Assembly: GCA_051294375.1 (NCBI GenBank)
Contig: CM119267.1
Span: 10,539,166-10,603,044, forward strand
Length of the DNA: 63,879 bases
From: Paraspadella gotoi
Lineage: Eukaryota; Animalia; Chaetognatha
Direction of reading: 5' to 3'
The position numbers and the translations under genes were made by a program. Shown piece after piece: positions 37,706 through 50,915 of the stretch. Below the pieces are notes generated by a model. It had not been told where the DNA came from, did not search any database, and saw only the letters and a program-made list of their open reading frames with translations. How positions within the stretch are numbered: position 1 is the stretch's first letter; every line of letters begins with the position of its first letter.

Positions 37706-39911
37706 AATTAGTATCGTAAAACCGATTATTTCGCAATATATATTTTTCAGTGCATAACGCAAACTATAACGATTCAAATTTTAACGTTCGATATAATTTC
37801 AAAACGATTATACTTTATTCTAATTCTAAATCATGCATAGAGTCAGTTTTCACTGAGATGAAAACAGTGTCAAGCAATTTCGTTTAAAAAATGACTGAAA
37901 AATTCTATTTTTAAACGCGGATTCGATCTGAAGCTTCAAGAATTACGAAAGTAAAAAAAAAGAATTAATATTTAATAGGGTGAAAAAGATAGCGGAGAGT
38001 AATTATAGATCACGAGGCTTTTTTTGTATACCTTTGACCCGCTCTTGGCCAGAGACTTGGAGCCTCCGGGCCGCGGGGTCTTGGATTCCTGAGAACTCGG
38101 CTGATTACCATAATTTTTTTACGTTTTTGTTTTGTTTATTTGTTTACGTTGAATCGCGAAAGGAAAGAACAAGATTTTTTTTTTTTTGGTAGAAAAAAAA
38201 AAGTTAAAACGAGAGTGATTCGTCTGACGATTTTCTAATGTAACATTCAAGATAAAACTAGCAATAATTAACTACATACATCACGTTAGGCATGTTTTTT
38301 ATGTATGAAATCAAAACGAAACGAAAACTACCTAAAACGATGAACCGAAAAATAAAACTATCCACTGATAACAAATAACTACCAAAAAGACCAGTGAGGA
38401 CGAAAACTAAAGGTCGTTTCCATCATTACTGGGGAGACCCTGTCGCGCTGTTGTTGTTGCTGTTGTTCTTGTTTCGTTTGTTTCTTTTTCTTATCCTTTT
38501 TCTCTTCGACTTTTTCCGTTTCTTTCTCCGTCATTTTCTCGTCCTCCGATCAGAGAAAAACAAAATGGCGGACAAGAACCACAGAGAATTCGCGTTAATC
38601 GATTATTGGGACGCGAACAACGATAAAAGACCCTTTCCATCAGGGTGCGGCGGCTCAACTGACCTTTTCTCCCTTTTTGGTGGACAATTTCCCGCCGGCG
38701 ACCGGAGCGCGAGATGCTGACGGACTCTTGCTTTCGTAGCCCGCGACCTGGTCCGCCGGATAGGAGCACACCTGGAAATCGGTCGATCAAAAGCGATCCC
38801 TCGGTCACCAACGATTTATAATTTGTAAATTGTTTGTTTTAAAAAAAAACTTTCGCTCCGAACCTTTTCTTCCACAATTTGAACTTCCATTCCGTTTCGC
38901 ATAAAATTTCTTAGCACGAGGAGATCGTCGCGAACCTTACAAAAGATGAATGCACAGTGTGCATTAAAGCGTAGCAAAAATATTAAAATCAAGTAGAATC
39001 AAAATTCGAATAGTAGAATAGTATAGGCCCATATTTAGACATAGAAAATGTCAAAATTTAAAATGATTGTTTCTTATTTTTAAAAGCAGATTAGAATTCC
39101 TTACGAAAAGTTGATAAAAGGAAATATAACTCTTTTTAGAAAATTATTTCATTAAGTGAGTCAAAATCCTAAAAACTGTTATAGTTAACTTATAATTTAA
39201 TTTTAGTATAAAAAATATAGTTTTTAAATTTTTGGTTAACTTAATAAAATAATTTTTTATTAAGACTTATATTTTCTTTTATCAACTTTTTATGAGGAAT
39301 TCGAATCTGCTTTCAAAACAAGGAAAATATTATTTTAAAATTTTAACATTTTCTATGGGACGTACTATATATAAATATGGGCGTATGCGAAAATTGAAAA
39401 AATTTTATATATCAACGTTCTTTAGTCCAAGACCGTTCACGATTAACTATTCGAATCTTGATCCGCAACTCTCACTACGCCTTAGTGTGCATTGCACACA
39501 ATTGCAAGTTATTTAAAACTTTACCCCGATTTACAGTCGAAAAGTAACCGAGAGAGAGACTCACAATTTCTTTGCTCCAATTCAGTTCGATCTCCTCGGC
39601 CCAAGAGCGTCCGTCCGTCTTCACCGGGACCGTCTCGTATTTTCCTGAGAACAAAAAAAAAACTGATTGAATGATTGATCGTAACCCATTTCAATCGGCA
39701 GATCGGAACCTTGGGGGTTAGTCTTGACCCCCGCGCTCGGCTCCGACGCCCGTCCGTTTTTCGACGAAGGGTTTGAGACATTTCGGGCACTCCTCTGCCA
39801 CTTGGCGGCCAAAGCGACGGTGCCCTTCGGCGTCACCACCGTTCGACTGTCGCTCGATGTCGGCGTCGCCGCGCCGACCCGTTAACGCCGTTCTGGGAAC
39901 TTCTGAGATGT

Positions 39912-39959
<48 letters not shown>

Positions 39960-40028
39960 AAGAGAGAGAGAGAACGACAGCAATCGCCGCGCCGAAGTGG
40001 GAGAGAGAGAGAAAGAGAGAGAGAGAGA

Positions 40029-40068
<40 letters not shown>

Positions 40069-43000
40069 AGAGAGAAGAAGAGAGAGAGTATAACTAACCA
40101 ACCTTACCCATCGTCCAGATAGTCACCTCCGTTTCGTCCAGCGTCCGTTTTTTGTTGCGTTAGATTCCGCGCCGCCAAAAAACCCGGCGACGATGCCTGT
40201 AAACAATCTCCGCCATTTTAGGACTTATTATTAACGTTATCGACCCACAGACCATAAGACAGACCGACCTGCGGAAGCTGCGCGGTGGCCGGTTTCGAAT
40301 CCGACGCTTCCGTTACGATCGACTCGGTCCGGCGCCTTCGCCTCGCTCCGACTGCTTCAGCGGGGTCCTGAAAAAATGGGTGATTTATATTTTCATAGAC
40401 ATTAGCCAATCGGTACACAGTGTAGTATAATTTCTTGTTACTTTCTTGCAATAAAACCCATTTGAGGTTAATTTTTTCACAAACGCCAATATATAAAATT
40501 GTCCTAAATCGGCATTATAAAATTAGCTTTTCAGTCCCAGTCAGAATTTCTTTTACCTGTGGAAATAAAAAATGTACGGCGTACTTCCTGCTAACTACTG
40601 ATAATCTGGTTGGTCATCGGGAGCCTAAAAATAAAACAAATGAAGATATGATTTACTTAGTAGTGAATATATGTTTCTATATAATGACTTGACATCAACT
40701 TTTGATTGAACATTTGGAAGTTATTTTCATTTGCGATTTGATGATAAAACTTTACTTTTCAATATGATTATTATCAATTATCGTTAATTGGTATTAATTC
40801 CTAATTTTGTCCTTACTCGGATTTCCTCTGGTACGGTAAGCCGCGAATGGCGATCGCCTCCAGCGTTATTTTTGTCTCATCCTGATGCAGTCTGGCAAAT
40901 ATGAAAGGCAAGAAAGTATAGCTCGTAAAGATTTAATCGTAATAAGAGTAGTCGGGCATTGCCTAGGTTCACCCCCCATGAGCTGATGACCTGTAGGTAC
41001 CGGGTTCAATCCCAACCCGGTACCAACCCTGCTGGAAGCGGGAGGACGGCCGTAAGCCGCCTTGGGGACGTGGAAAACCGTCAAGCCTGATTCCAAGCCC
41101 AGGGACCCGTTCCAGAAGTTACGGACAGTCATTTTGAGCCCACGTAGCGCCTTATCTACATAAGTACGATAATGTGGTAAAGACTCACTGTTTTTGAGCC
41201 TGAGCCCAGAAAAGTTGTGCCTTTCGTCAGCCGAGATTCGGGAATCGTCCAAAATCGCGAGATTCGGTAAACAGTCGACGATGTAGCCTCGGTATCCAGG
41301 GGAAATCTNNNNNNNNNNNNNNNNNNNNNNNNNNNNNNNNNNNNNNNNNNNNNNNNNNNNNNNNNNNNNNNNNNNNNNNNNNNNNNNNNNNNNNNNNNNN
41401 NNNNNNNNNNNNNNNNNNNNNNNNNNNNNNNNNNNNNNNNNNNNNNNNNNNNNNNNNNNNNNNNNNNNNNNNNNNNNNNNNNNNNNNNNNNNNNNNNNNN
41501 NNNNNNNNNNNNNNNNNNNNNNNNNNNNNNNNNNNNNNNNNNNNNNNNNNNNNNNNNNNNNNNNNNNNNNNNNNNNNNNNNNNNNNNNNNNNNNNNNNNN
41601 NNNNNNNNNNNNNNNNNNNNNNNNNNNNNNNNNNNNNNNNNNNNNNNNNNNNNNNNNNNNNNNNNNNNNNNNNNNNNNNNNNNNNNNNNNNNNNNNNNNN
41701 NNNNNNNNNNNNNNNNNNNNNNNNNNNNNNNNNNNNNNNNNNNNNNNNNNNNNNNNNNNNNNNNNNNNNNNNNNNNNNNNNNNNNNNNNNNNNNNNNNNN
41801 NNNNNNNNNNNNNNNNNNNNNNNNNNNNNNNNNNNNNNNNNNNNNNNNNNNNNNNNNNNNNNNNNNNNNNNNNNNNNNNNNNNNNNNNNNNNNNNNNNNN
41901 NNNNNNNNNNNNNNNNNNNNNNNNNNNNNNNNNNNNNNNNNNNNNNNNNNNNNNNNNNNNNNNNNNNNNNNNNNNNNNNNNNNNNNNNNNNNNNNNNNNN
42001 NNNNNNNNNNNNNNNNNNNNNNNNNNNNNNNNNNNNNNNNNNNNNNNNNNNNNNNNNNNNNNNNNNNNNNNNNNNNNNNNNNNNNNNNNNNNNNNNNNNN
42101 NNNNNNNNNNNNNNNNNNNNNNNNNNNNNNNNNNNNNNNNNNNNNNNNNNNNNNNNNNNNNNNNNNNNNNNNNNNNNNNNNNNNNNNNNNNNNNNNNNNN
42201 NNNNNNNNNNNNNNNNNNNNNNNNNNNNNNNNNNNNNNNNNNNNNNNNNNNNNNNNNNNNNNNNNNNNNNNNNNNNNNNNNNTATGCCATTATGTTGATA
42301 AAGAAGAAACTAAGAGAAAGTCCTTATTGAAATTTTATATGATTTTGATATTTTGTAATATTTTCTATCCTTTTAACCGTTAGTAGGCAAAATAGCTATT
42401 TCTCAATTTCAAAGTATATAAATTACTACGGAAACTTTTAAAAGTCAATATTTTTTAATTACAAAACTATTTTTTTAAGTTTTATTTTAAATGATTTTCC
42501 AAATATCTTTTTGTTTTTTCCAAGTTACAATAGACAACGGTATTAATATATATATATATATTAATATATTAATATCAATCAATAAAAACTTACCCTAAAC
42601 CGAGGTGAGTCAATGGCGGTGGATGCGTACACAGAGAGTACAGATCCGTTATCGAATTGGCGCACAGTTCTAACACCTGTGCAAAAAAACAAACAAATAC
42701 GTACACAAAAAAAAAGGTTCAAGTGACTCGAACGCCCAACCTGCAGGTTTCTCGGCAAGTATCTAGAATCAACGCTGGAGATTTTGTTAGCGGACAGGAC
42801 GAGTTGTTCCAGGTTCTTGAATTTGAGGATGTTCTTGTCCAGCTCCGTCACCGCCTGGTTCGTGATTCGCAGCGTTCGGAAATGGCGGTAGNNNNNNNNN
42901 NNNNNNNNNNNNNNNNNNNNNNNNNNNNNNNNNNNNNNNNNNNNNNNNNNNNNNNNNNNNNNNNNNNNNNNNNNNNNNNNNNNNNNNNNNNNNNNNNNNN

Positions 43001-43590
43001 NNNNNNNNNNNNNNNNNNNNNNNNNNNNNNNNNNNNNNNNNNNNNNNNNNNNNNNNNNNNNNNNNNNNNNNNNNNNNNNNNNNNNNNNNNNNNNNNNNNN
43101 NNNNNNNNNNNNNNNNCTTACCTTCTGCGGCGACCTGACGGCGAGCTCCCGCAGCTCCTTCGCCTCGTCGCTCCACGTCACCTCCACCGCCCAGGGGAGC
43201 GAGTTAGTGTGGACGATCTCCTTGAGGCTTTCTACCGGCTCCACCCCCGAGCCGTAATCTTTTGAGGATATGGTGGGTTGAGGGTGAGTAACCCATCCGA
43301 TGTTTTTGACTAACATTTTCACGAGTAACCTTACCTCTGAGGGTAACCAAATATTTGCTGGATTGGACGTTTTCCTCTTGGGAAGTTCGCTGGAACGAGG
43401 AAAGAAAAAAATAAGTTATATGCCTCAATGACGAACGATCTTCTCGGCCGCAACTTACCCAAGATCCGGCGCCGCAGGGATATTCCTTCAAGCACAACCC
43501 CCGCAACTGATTCTCGAAGGCGTCGAAGGCGGTGTAGCCTCTTTGGCTCGGGGCCGCGACGACGCTCTTCAGGGGCGAACGCTGCTTCAT
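36209..43590 (-). CDS. LRRC43: Leucine-rich repeat-containing protein 43, spliced; some exons lost in N gaps
   Basis: Exons include 43590-43459 ([17 protein letters not shown]), 43389-43335, 43258-43122 ([14 protein letters not shown]), <42891-42741 ([21 protein letters not shown]), 42676-42594 ([16 protein letters not shown]), ~41306-41189 ([17 protein letters not shown]), ~38935-38864 ([21 protein letters not shown]), exon from 37128 ([14 protein letters not shown]), 36520-36401 ([11 protein letters not shown]), 36322-36209. These match recalled LRRC43 motifs such as LCLREFPCGAGSW. The start codon may lie further upstream (acceptor near 43612). Confidence 0.88.
39022..39386. mobile_element. 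AT-rich foldback/MITE-like imperfect palindrome in an LRRC43 intron
   Basis: CATAGAAAATGTCAAAATTT..GCAGATTAGAATTCC..AAAAGTTGATAAAAG (from 39040) is mirrored by ~39275-39358. Outer GCCCATATTTA / TAAATATGGGC pair. Confidence 0.75.
40935..41185 (+). mobile_element. tRNA-derived SINE-like insertion in an LRRC43 intron
   Basis: GC-rich non-exonic island. B-box GGTTCAATCCC (41003-41013) lies within a perfect 11-bp hairpin GGTACCGGGTT/AACCCGGTACC (40996-41024). A-box and ends are unclear. Confidence 0.4.
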
Positions 43591-43627
43591 CTCCTCCGGT
43601 CGGCGTCGTCGCTGAAAGGGCCGTTGG

Positions 43628-43706
43628 GATGGATGGATTGATGGATGGATGGATGGATGGATGGATGGATGGATGGATGGATGGATGGATGGATGGATTG
43701 ATGGAT
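43628..43706. repeat. (GGAT)n microsatellite followed by TAAT/TAAA repeats
   Basis: Directly visible tetranucleotide array. Confidence 0.95.
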
Positions 43707-46700
43707 TAATTAATTAATTAATAATTAAATAATAAAAAATAAATAAATAAATTAATTAATTAATTAATAATTAAATAATAAAAAATAAATAAATAAACTC
43801 AACTAAGAGTTCGTAAGGTCTCTCTTTTCATCTCTTCTTCACAGATTTAAATAATTATAAAGAGCTGAAATCTGCTCGAAATGTTTATGGTTCTACTTAT
43901 GGTCTTCTTTTCCGAACGCGCCCAATTTCGGCTTATATTCTGAATTGAAATTATTCATCGGTTATGGGTTTGGGATAAGGGTTGGTTTCAGGATTAGGTC
44001 AGGGATTATAGTTAGGGATTTGTTTAAGGATATAGGATAGCGATTGGGGTTAAACGGATTGTGGTTAAGGGTTAGGTATTAGAGATTGGATGAAACATCT
44101 GAATTTATATTAGACCTAGTTATTAATATTAAAAATTAAAATGAGGTTTTTTAAACAAATTTGAAACACAAAAACTGTTATTCCTTAAAAAAAAATAGCT
44201 GTAAAAGAAAAGAAGAGTATTCCAAAATGCAAACAGACTGATTATTTTCTTTTTATAAATTAACAAAAAAAAGTAGCAGTTAAATTAATAATAATAATAA
44301 TATTAATAATAATAATAATAANNNNNNNNNNNNNNNNNNNNNNNNNNNNNNNNNNNNNNNNNNNNNNNNNNNNNNNNNNNNNNNNNNNNNNNNNNNNNNN
44401 NNNNNNNNNNNNNNNNNNNNNNNNNNNNNNNNNNNNNNNNNNNNNNNNNNNNNNNNNNNNNNNNNNNNNNNNNNNNNNNNNNNNNNNNNNNNNNNNNNNN
44501 NNNNNNNNNNNNNNNNNNNNNNNNNNNNNNNNNNNNNNNNNNNNNNNNNNNNNNNNNNNNNNNNNNNNNNNNNNNNNNNNNNNNNNNNNNNNNNNNNNNN
44601 NNNNNNNNNNNNNNNNNNNNNNNNNNNNNNNNNNNNNNNNNNNNNNNNNNNNNNNNNNNNNNNNNNNNNNNNNNNNNNNNNNNNNNNNNNNNNNNNNNNN
44701 NNNNNNNNNNNNNNNNNNNNNNNNNNNNNNNNNNNNNNNNNNNNNNNNNNNNNNNNNNNNNNNNNNNNNNNNNNNNNNNNNNNNNNNNNNNNNNNNNNNN
44801 NNNNNNNNNNNNNNNNNNNNNNNNNNNNNNNNNGCGGAGATTCACGAGGATTCGAGGTAAGTCCTAATAAATTAATAACGGTATATGACACAATGACCGC
44901 GACCGCGCCTCTCCCTCTTCCTTACCCTTCCTCTTCCACCTCCCCCTCCCCCTTTCCACACCCCTCTCCTTTTCTCGAAATATTTTCGGGCCAGAAAACG
45001 AAGAAAAAAAAAAGAAATTTCCCTCCCGCGGGATGGTCCTGTCGATCTTGACCTCTGACCCCCTCAGGCGTCCCGTCTTACAACTCTCTCGGACCGAATA
45101 AAATCCAAATTAAAAATCTATTGACTTTTTTTTGTTTCTATGAAACAAAAGAAAAGATAAATAAAAATTCGTGGGCGATGAATTTTTTTATATGTATTTT
45201 CTTTCTTCTTTGACCAAAAAAAAAACAGATTAATTAAAAATGCGCGCGGGGAAAAAAAAAAGAGAATAAGAGAGCACAGTATACAAACGACTTTGAAGAT
45301 CGTCAACGTCGGAATGAGAACAGAATACATAAAGAAAAGGTTATATACGGAAAAATAAAGATAAAAATTGCCGTTTCTAGAGATAAGTCATCGTCGTCGT
45401 CGTCGTCGTCGTCGTTTCTCCTTTGCAGCACGCAAAACTGAAAAAAAAAAGAAAATTGCGAATATCTTGTCCTCCTTTTTTGGAAGAAGCCATTTCCTTT
45501 GTCCTCTTTGTCCTTGATAAACAGGGAAAGTCGATCCCCGACGTGTTTGTTTTTCGTCGGCATAGAAACAGAATTTACGCGCAGCCTTCTTGGTATATGA
45601 AATTTAAATTTAAAAACGTTGGGAAAGATAAAGTTCAAAGTTTATCATCAACCGTCTCTACTCTCTATTTCTAAACGTTTCGTGTCGAAAACATTTTTCG
45701 CGTTTCTCCCCTTTTGTCCTAATTTTTGAGACGAAAAGGTTGACGTGTTTCTCCGTCCTAAAACCCCATTCNNNNNNNNNNNNNNNNNNNNNNNNNNNNN
45801 NNNNNNNNNNNNNNNNNNNNNNNNNNNNNNNNNNNNNNNNNNNNNNNNNNNNNNNNNNNNNNNNNNNNNNNNNNNNNNNNNNNNNNNNNNNNNNNNNNNN
45901 NNNNNNNNNNNNNNNNNNNNTCAACCATAATCTATTTTGTAACTTTGTTTGCGTCCCTCCAGTTCGACTAGCATTTGTTAGCGTTGTTAACAGTAGTGTT
46001 ACGGATTAGGTTCCGAATAACCGTTTTTTTTTAAAACTTACTCGTTATCACTCATTGTAAAAAAAAAAAGATTTACCTTTCCCCTCACAACCCCGAATCA
46101 TTTAATCCCTCCTTTCTCTTCCCCCCCCCAACCCTACGTCAAATACCCCCCCCCCCACCCGGCCTCGATCCCCGTCGTCTCTCTCAATCGACGGAACCGT
46201 GACCCGTCCGAAAATCTTTCAAAATCTAAACACAACAAAAATGTTGATGTTGGGACAGTTCTATTTGTTTTTGTTTTTTTTTTAGGTTTAGCTTCACAAC
46301 TCTTCCCTTCGCATTCGTAAGAAAAGAAATAAATAAAATCGTCTAGATATTTTTTCCGGTAAAAAAAAATTCTCCACTCTGCAAAACCAAGCGTATTTTC
46401 GCAAAATTGGAATCCAAATAATAAAAGGCTATGGGCCAGAGAACAGGAACATAGTGAATGTATTAACATGGCCGCTCATGCGAATAATAATGTCTGGCTG
46501 CGATTTTTTTAGTTTGTTTTTTTTTTAAGTTTTTTTTTTTTCGGAGAAAAAAAAATAATGAACGTCGACTCTAGTAGTAGTTAAAATTCTGTGCCAAAAA
46601 ATGTAAAAGGGATAATATTAGAGAGAAAATAGTCTCGCCTCGCCCCATCGCTTTTTTTCTTTTTACACCTGGCCCCCCTTTCTCTCCTCGTCGAGCAATA

Positions 46701-46799
46701 CCCCCACCACCCGGCCCCGGATTTATAATCAAGTGGACTCTCCCCCTCTGCACTCAACGCCACCAAAAACCACCATCCACCCCCTCCATTCGACGCGGA

Positions 46800-48247
46800 T
46801 CAACGCAATTCCCCAAAGTCCATCGAGGAATCGTCAAACGCGAAGCTGCTGAGACTCTCGCTGTCGCTCCCGCTGCTGGAGTAGTCGCTGTTGTTATTGT
46901 TGTTGTTGACGTTGAGATTTCGATGATTGTTGTTGTTATTCCCGCTGTATTCCCCGGCGCTGTTGTCGTGTCCGCCGAGGCTGCTGCCGCTGCCGTGGCT
47001 TCTGCCGCTGCCGGTGCTGCCGCTGGACACGCTGCTACTGCTGCTGCGTGTGGCGCTACTGCCGCTGCTGGCGCTGCTGGCGCCCTCGGCGGAGGCGTTC
47101 GCGCCTTCCGCGGGAACGGCGCCTTCCATCGAAAGGCGATCGTTGTTGCTGCTGTTGTTGCTGTTGGCGGCGTTGTTGGCGGTGGCGCTGGAGAGGCTGG
47201 AATTGTTTTGGTTGGCGTTGGACTCGACGTTGTCGTCCTGCAGGGAGAGGAGAAGAGCAAGATGAGAAAAGGGAATCGTTCTCGATAGCGGATAACCGAT
47301 AAGATAGATTTGGAAGAAGAGAAGCAAAGAATAAGAAAAAGAAAAGAAGAGAAAGGAATAAAAAAGAGAAAAAGAGAAAAGAAATAGAGGGGAAAATAAG
47401 ACAAAAAAAAGAAAAATGTTGAAAAGAGGGGGAAAAAATTTATAAAAAAGTAAAAAAAGGAGAAGAAAAGGAAGGAAAAATAAAGAAATTGTCTAGTGCA
47501 GAAAAAAGTTGGAAACACAGGAACAAATGTGGAGTTTTAAACACCACAACGGTGACAACAACAACAACAACAACAAAATCGACAACATCTTACCCTTACC
47601 CTATCCCCGGCGTCTGATCGATTCGTTTCCGTCGCCTGAACGTGACGCGAGGGATGTAGATAGTCCCGGATGTTTTCGAGGTCGCTGACCACGCAGGCGC
47701 TCAGGGCCGATTTGAAAAGGTTCATGTCCGAAGCGTCCATCCTGTTTTGTTGTTGTTGTTATTTCGTTATTTTTATATTGATTAATAATTGGTGAAAGGG
47801 AGTGAAGTTGGCGGACCGACGAACGACAGAATGATAAAAGAGAGACAGACCGACCGAAAGAGAGAGAGTAAAAGGCAAACGGATAGATATCTCGACAGAC
47901 AAAAAGAATCGGACCGACTGAGAAAGAGACACAGAATTTTAAACAGACGCGGTCAAGAGAGACAGTCTGACAGACAGCTCGACAGACGGATGGACAAAAG
48001 GACGTGACCATTCGTCGCTGTTGTCGTCGTAGCATTCGACGTTGAAGATGGTGGTGACTCCGTTGAATCCTCCAATGACGAACATGAGGTCGTCCACCAC
48101 CTCGACGGGGAGATCGAGAAGGAAGAGGAAAAAGTGGGGCGGTGAGGATGCGTGTCACTTTTCTATTTGAGACGTCGCTCGCGGATTAATTAGTTATTTG
48201 ACTACGATTCTATCCTTATTATAATTATATTATATCAATTTTTTTGT

Positions 48248-48289
<42 letters not shown>

Positions 48290-50472
48290 CATTTCATCTA
48301 ATAGATAGATAACATCTATATCTTCGACCAGAGACTCTCTATTTATTTCTCTATCAATCTGTCTATCTATTCTTCTACTACAGCAATCAATATAATCAAT
48401 AATCAATAATCAATTAATCAATTTCAATCAGTCATTCTATCAATCTATATATCAAGAATTGGCTGGTTAGACCTCGATAGCGAAGTTGGATCTCGGGTTG
48501 TACATGTCGGCGATGGAGTCCATTCCCCCGTCTGCGGATTGTACTTCTCCGCCGAATTCATTCTGTCGTTTCAAGTTTTCATTCAAGGAAATTCAATAAC
48601 GACAAAATCGTGAATCACGTCACAAAATATGTTTTGTGAGTTGAAAAAGTCTCTTTATAATTTGTACTATATTATATTATTAATGATGAGCTATGAATAA
48701 ATAAATAAATAATATTCAATTTTATCACAAGAACACTTATGTAGAAAAATAAAAAATATTTTTTTAAAATGCAGTTTATTTTTCTTGATTTAGAATCTGA
48801 AACTTTTTCTACGGGCTCAGGACTGCCCGATGATAAATGCCATAGTTAAGATAATTTTTTGAATAAAATAAATTTTAATATAAAATTATTGCTGCTCGCT
48901 AGCTGTGCCTGGCCTGTGCTCAGCAACAATAATCATGAAGAACCGAATGGCTTTCTGGTTGCCACCAATTATATCAGCCAAGCAATCAACCTATCAGCTC
49001 TTGATTCAAAACCAATCACCGAGTGATTCCGTTAAATCCCCCGACGGCGTAGATGCACCCGTGATACCCGATGCAGGAGACGCCGGACCGACGATTGCGC
49101 ATAGGATTTATCACCGTCCAACTGTGAGGGGATGTGACGGGTAACGAAGGGATATCGTCACGTTATAGTCACGGAGGGGGAGTCATTCTTCAATTTTGAT
49201 CCTATTTCGTAGGAAATTTGTAATTGTGTTATTAGTACACGACTTAGATTTCTAAAATCTCATTTGCATTTTGCAGTAACTCGAAAAACTATAAAAAATT
49301 CCAAAGTCAATGGCCGTGACATTCCCATCCCTCCAAATTAACACTCCTAGCCACAACTTCCATTTTGAGCCACTCCTACTTTTCTGTTCTCGGGTCGTAA
49401 TACTCGGCAGTGTTCATGCACTCCGTCCCGTTGAAGCCGCCAACGATAAAGACTCGACCGTCGAGAGAAGCGGCGTTGGCGTCGCTTCGGTTCATGTGCA
49501 TCGGTTCGATGAGCGACCATTGGTTTTGACAAGGGGTGTATCTGCCGATTAAATTTACATAATTTGAACAACTATCAAAATAAAACAAAATCGGTAAACA
49601 ATGCTTAATAAAGCCATTAGAAAATTGGTACAACTAATATAGAAATAATTCATTCATGTCTTGCCTCCTGAGTCCAGACTTAAAGCCTCCATCACTCTTA
49701 CAAGATGATATCAATAACTTATGAGGGCCCTAAAAGCTTTCAGCTTTCAGCATCACAGCATCAGGCTTCATTAAGTGGTACAATATTTTAATGAACTGTT
49801 TAAATAGTATAAATGGACCACTCCCTTAAATAGTGTGAGAGAAAAGGCTATAAGCCGTGGCAAGAAGACGACTTGGACGGGAAAACGAATAAATCATCAA
49901 CGACATCAATAACAGATATAACAGATAATAATCAATAACGACAGAAAAAAACCTTTCAGCGCTGTTCTGCCGCGTCTGCCCGTTGAATCCGCCCATCGCG
50001 TAGACGCAGCCCTCGAGGACGGCTACGCTCACGTAACATCTGGGGGCGAAGGGGGAAAAGATGGGTAGGGTGGAAAAGAGTAGAGGGGTCAATGGGTCAT
50101 AGGTGAAAAAGGGGGTGAGTAGGGTCGTCGATCGTAATTCTTATTAAAAACACAAAAGTAAAATCAAAAAAACTTTTAACCACACAAAATTATAGAAACC
50201 CCCCCCCAAAACATAAAAAACTACCAAAGTGACGCCTACTAGGAAATAGTGAATAACGCAAATCAAAAACTTGACTCACCTTCTCAACAAACTTCACAAA
50301 TCGCAAGAATAACGACGACGACAATTCACCGATTTTAAAGAGGGTCACGACCTGGCTGAGTTCATTGGAGCGACTTCCTTCCAAGTGTTGGTGGAGGGGT
50401 TGAAGCATCGGACGCTGTTGAAGTAGTCCATCCCGTCGAATCCCCCGATCACGTAGATGAGGCCGTCGACCT

Positions 50473-50537
<65 letters not shown>

Positions 50538-50834
50538 GGAGCGAAGAGAGAGAGGTGTATGTGTTATGGGCCAGCGCAATGATCTATTTTGATGTATGGG
50601 ATTTTTTAACCCACGCATCTCTAAGTATGAAACACGCTCTTTCCTAAAGACACACCCCTCCAACCCCTCGTCCACCCCACCGAGGCGCATCCGTGATAGG
50701 CCCTGGGTCCAGCGTCTTGGGCGAAGGCGCAGTGGACCCATCGATCCGCGCGAGTGTCGTACGTCTCCACGACGTTGGTGGGACTCCCGCCCGACCATCC
50801 GCCCAAGACTTAAGAGAACCTGAAAAGTGGGGAG

Positions 50835-50915
<81 letters not shown>

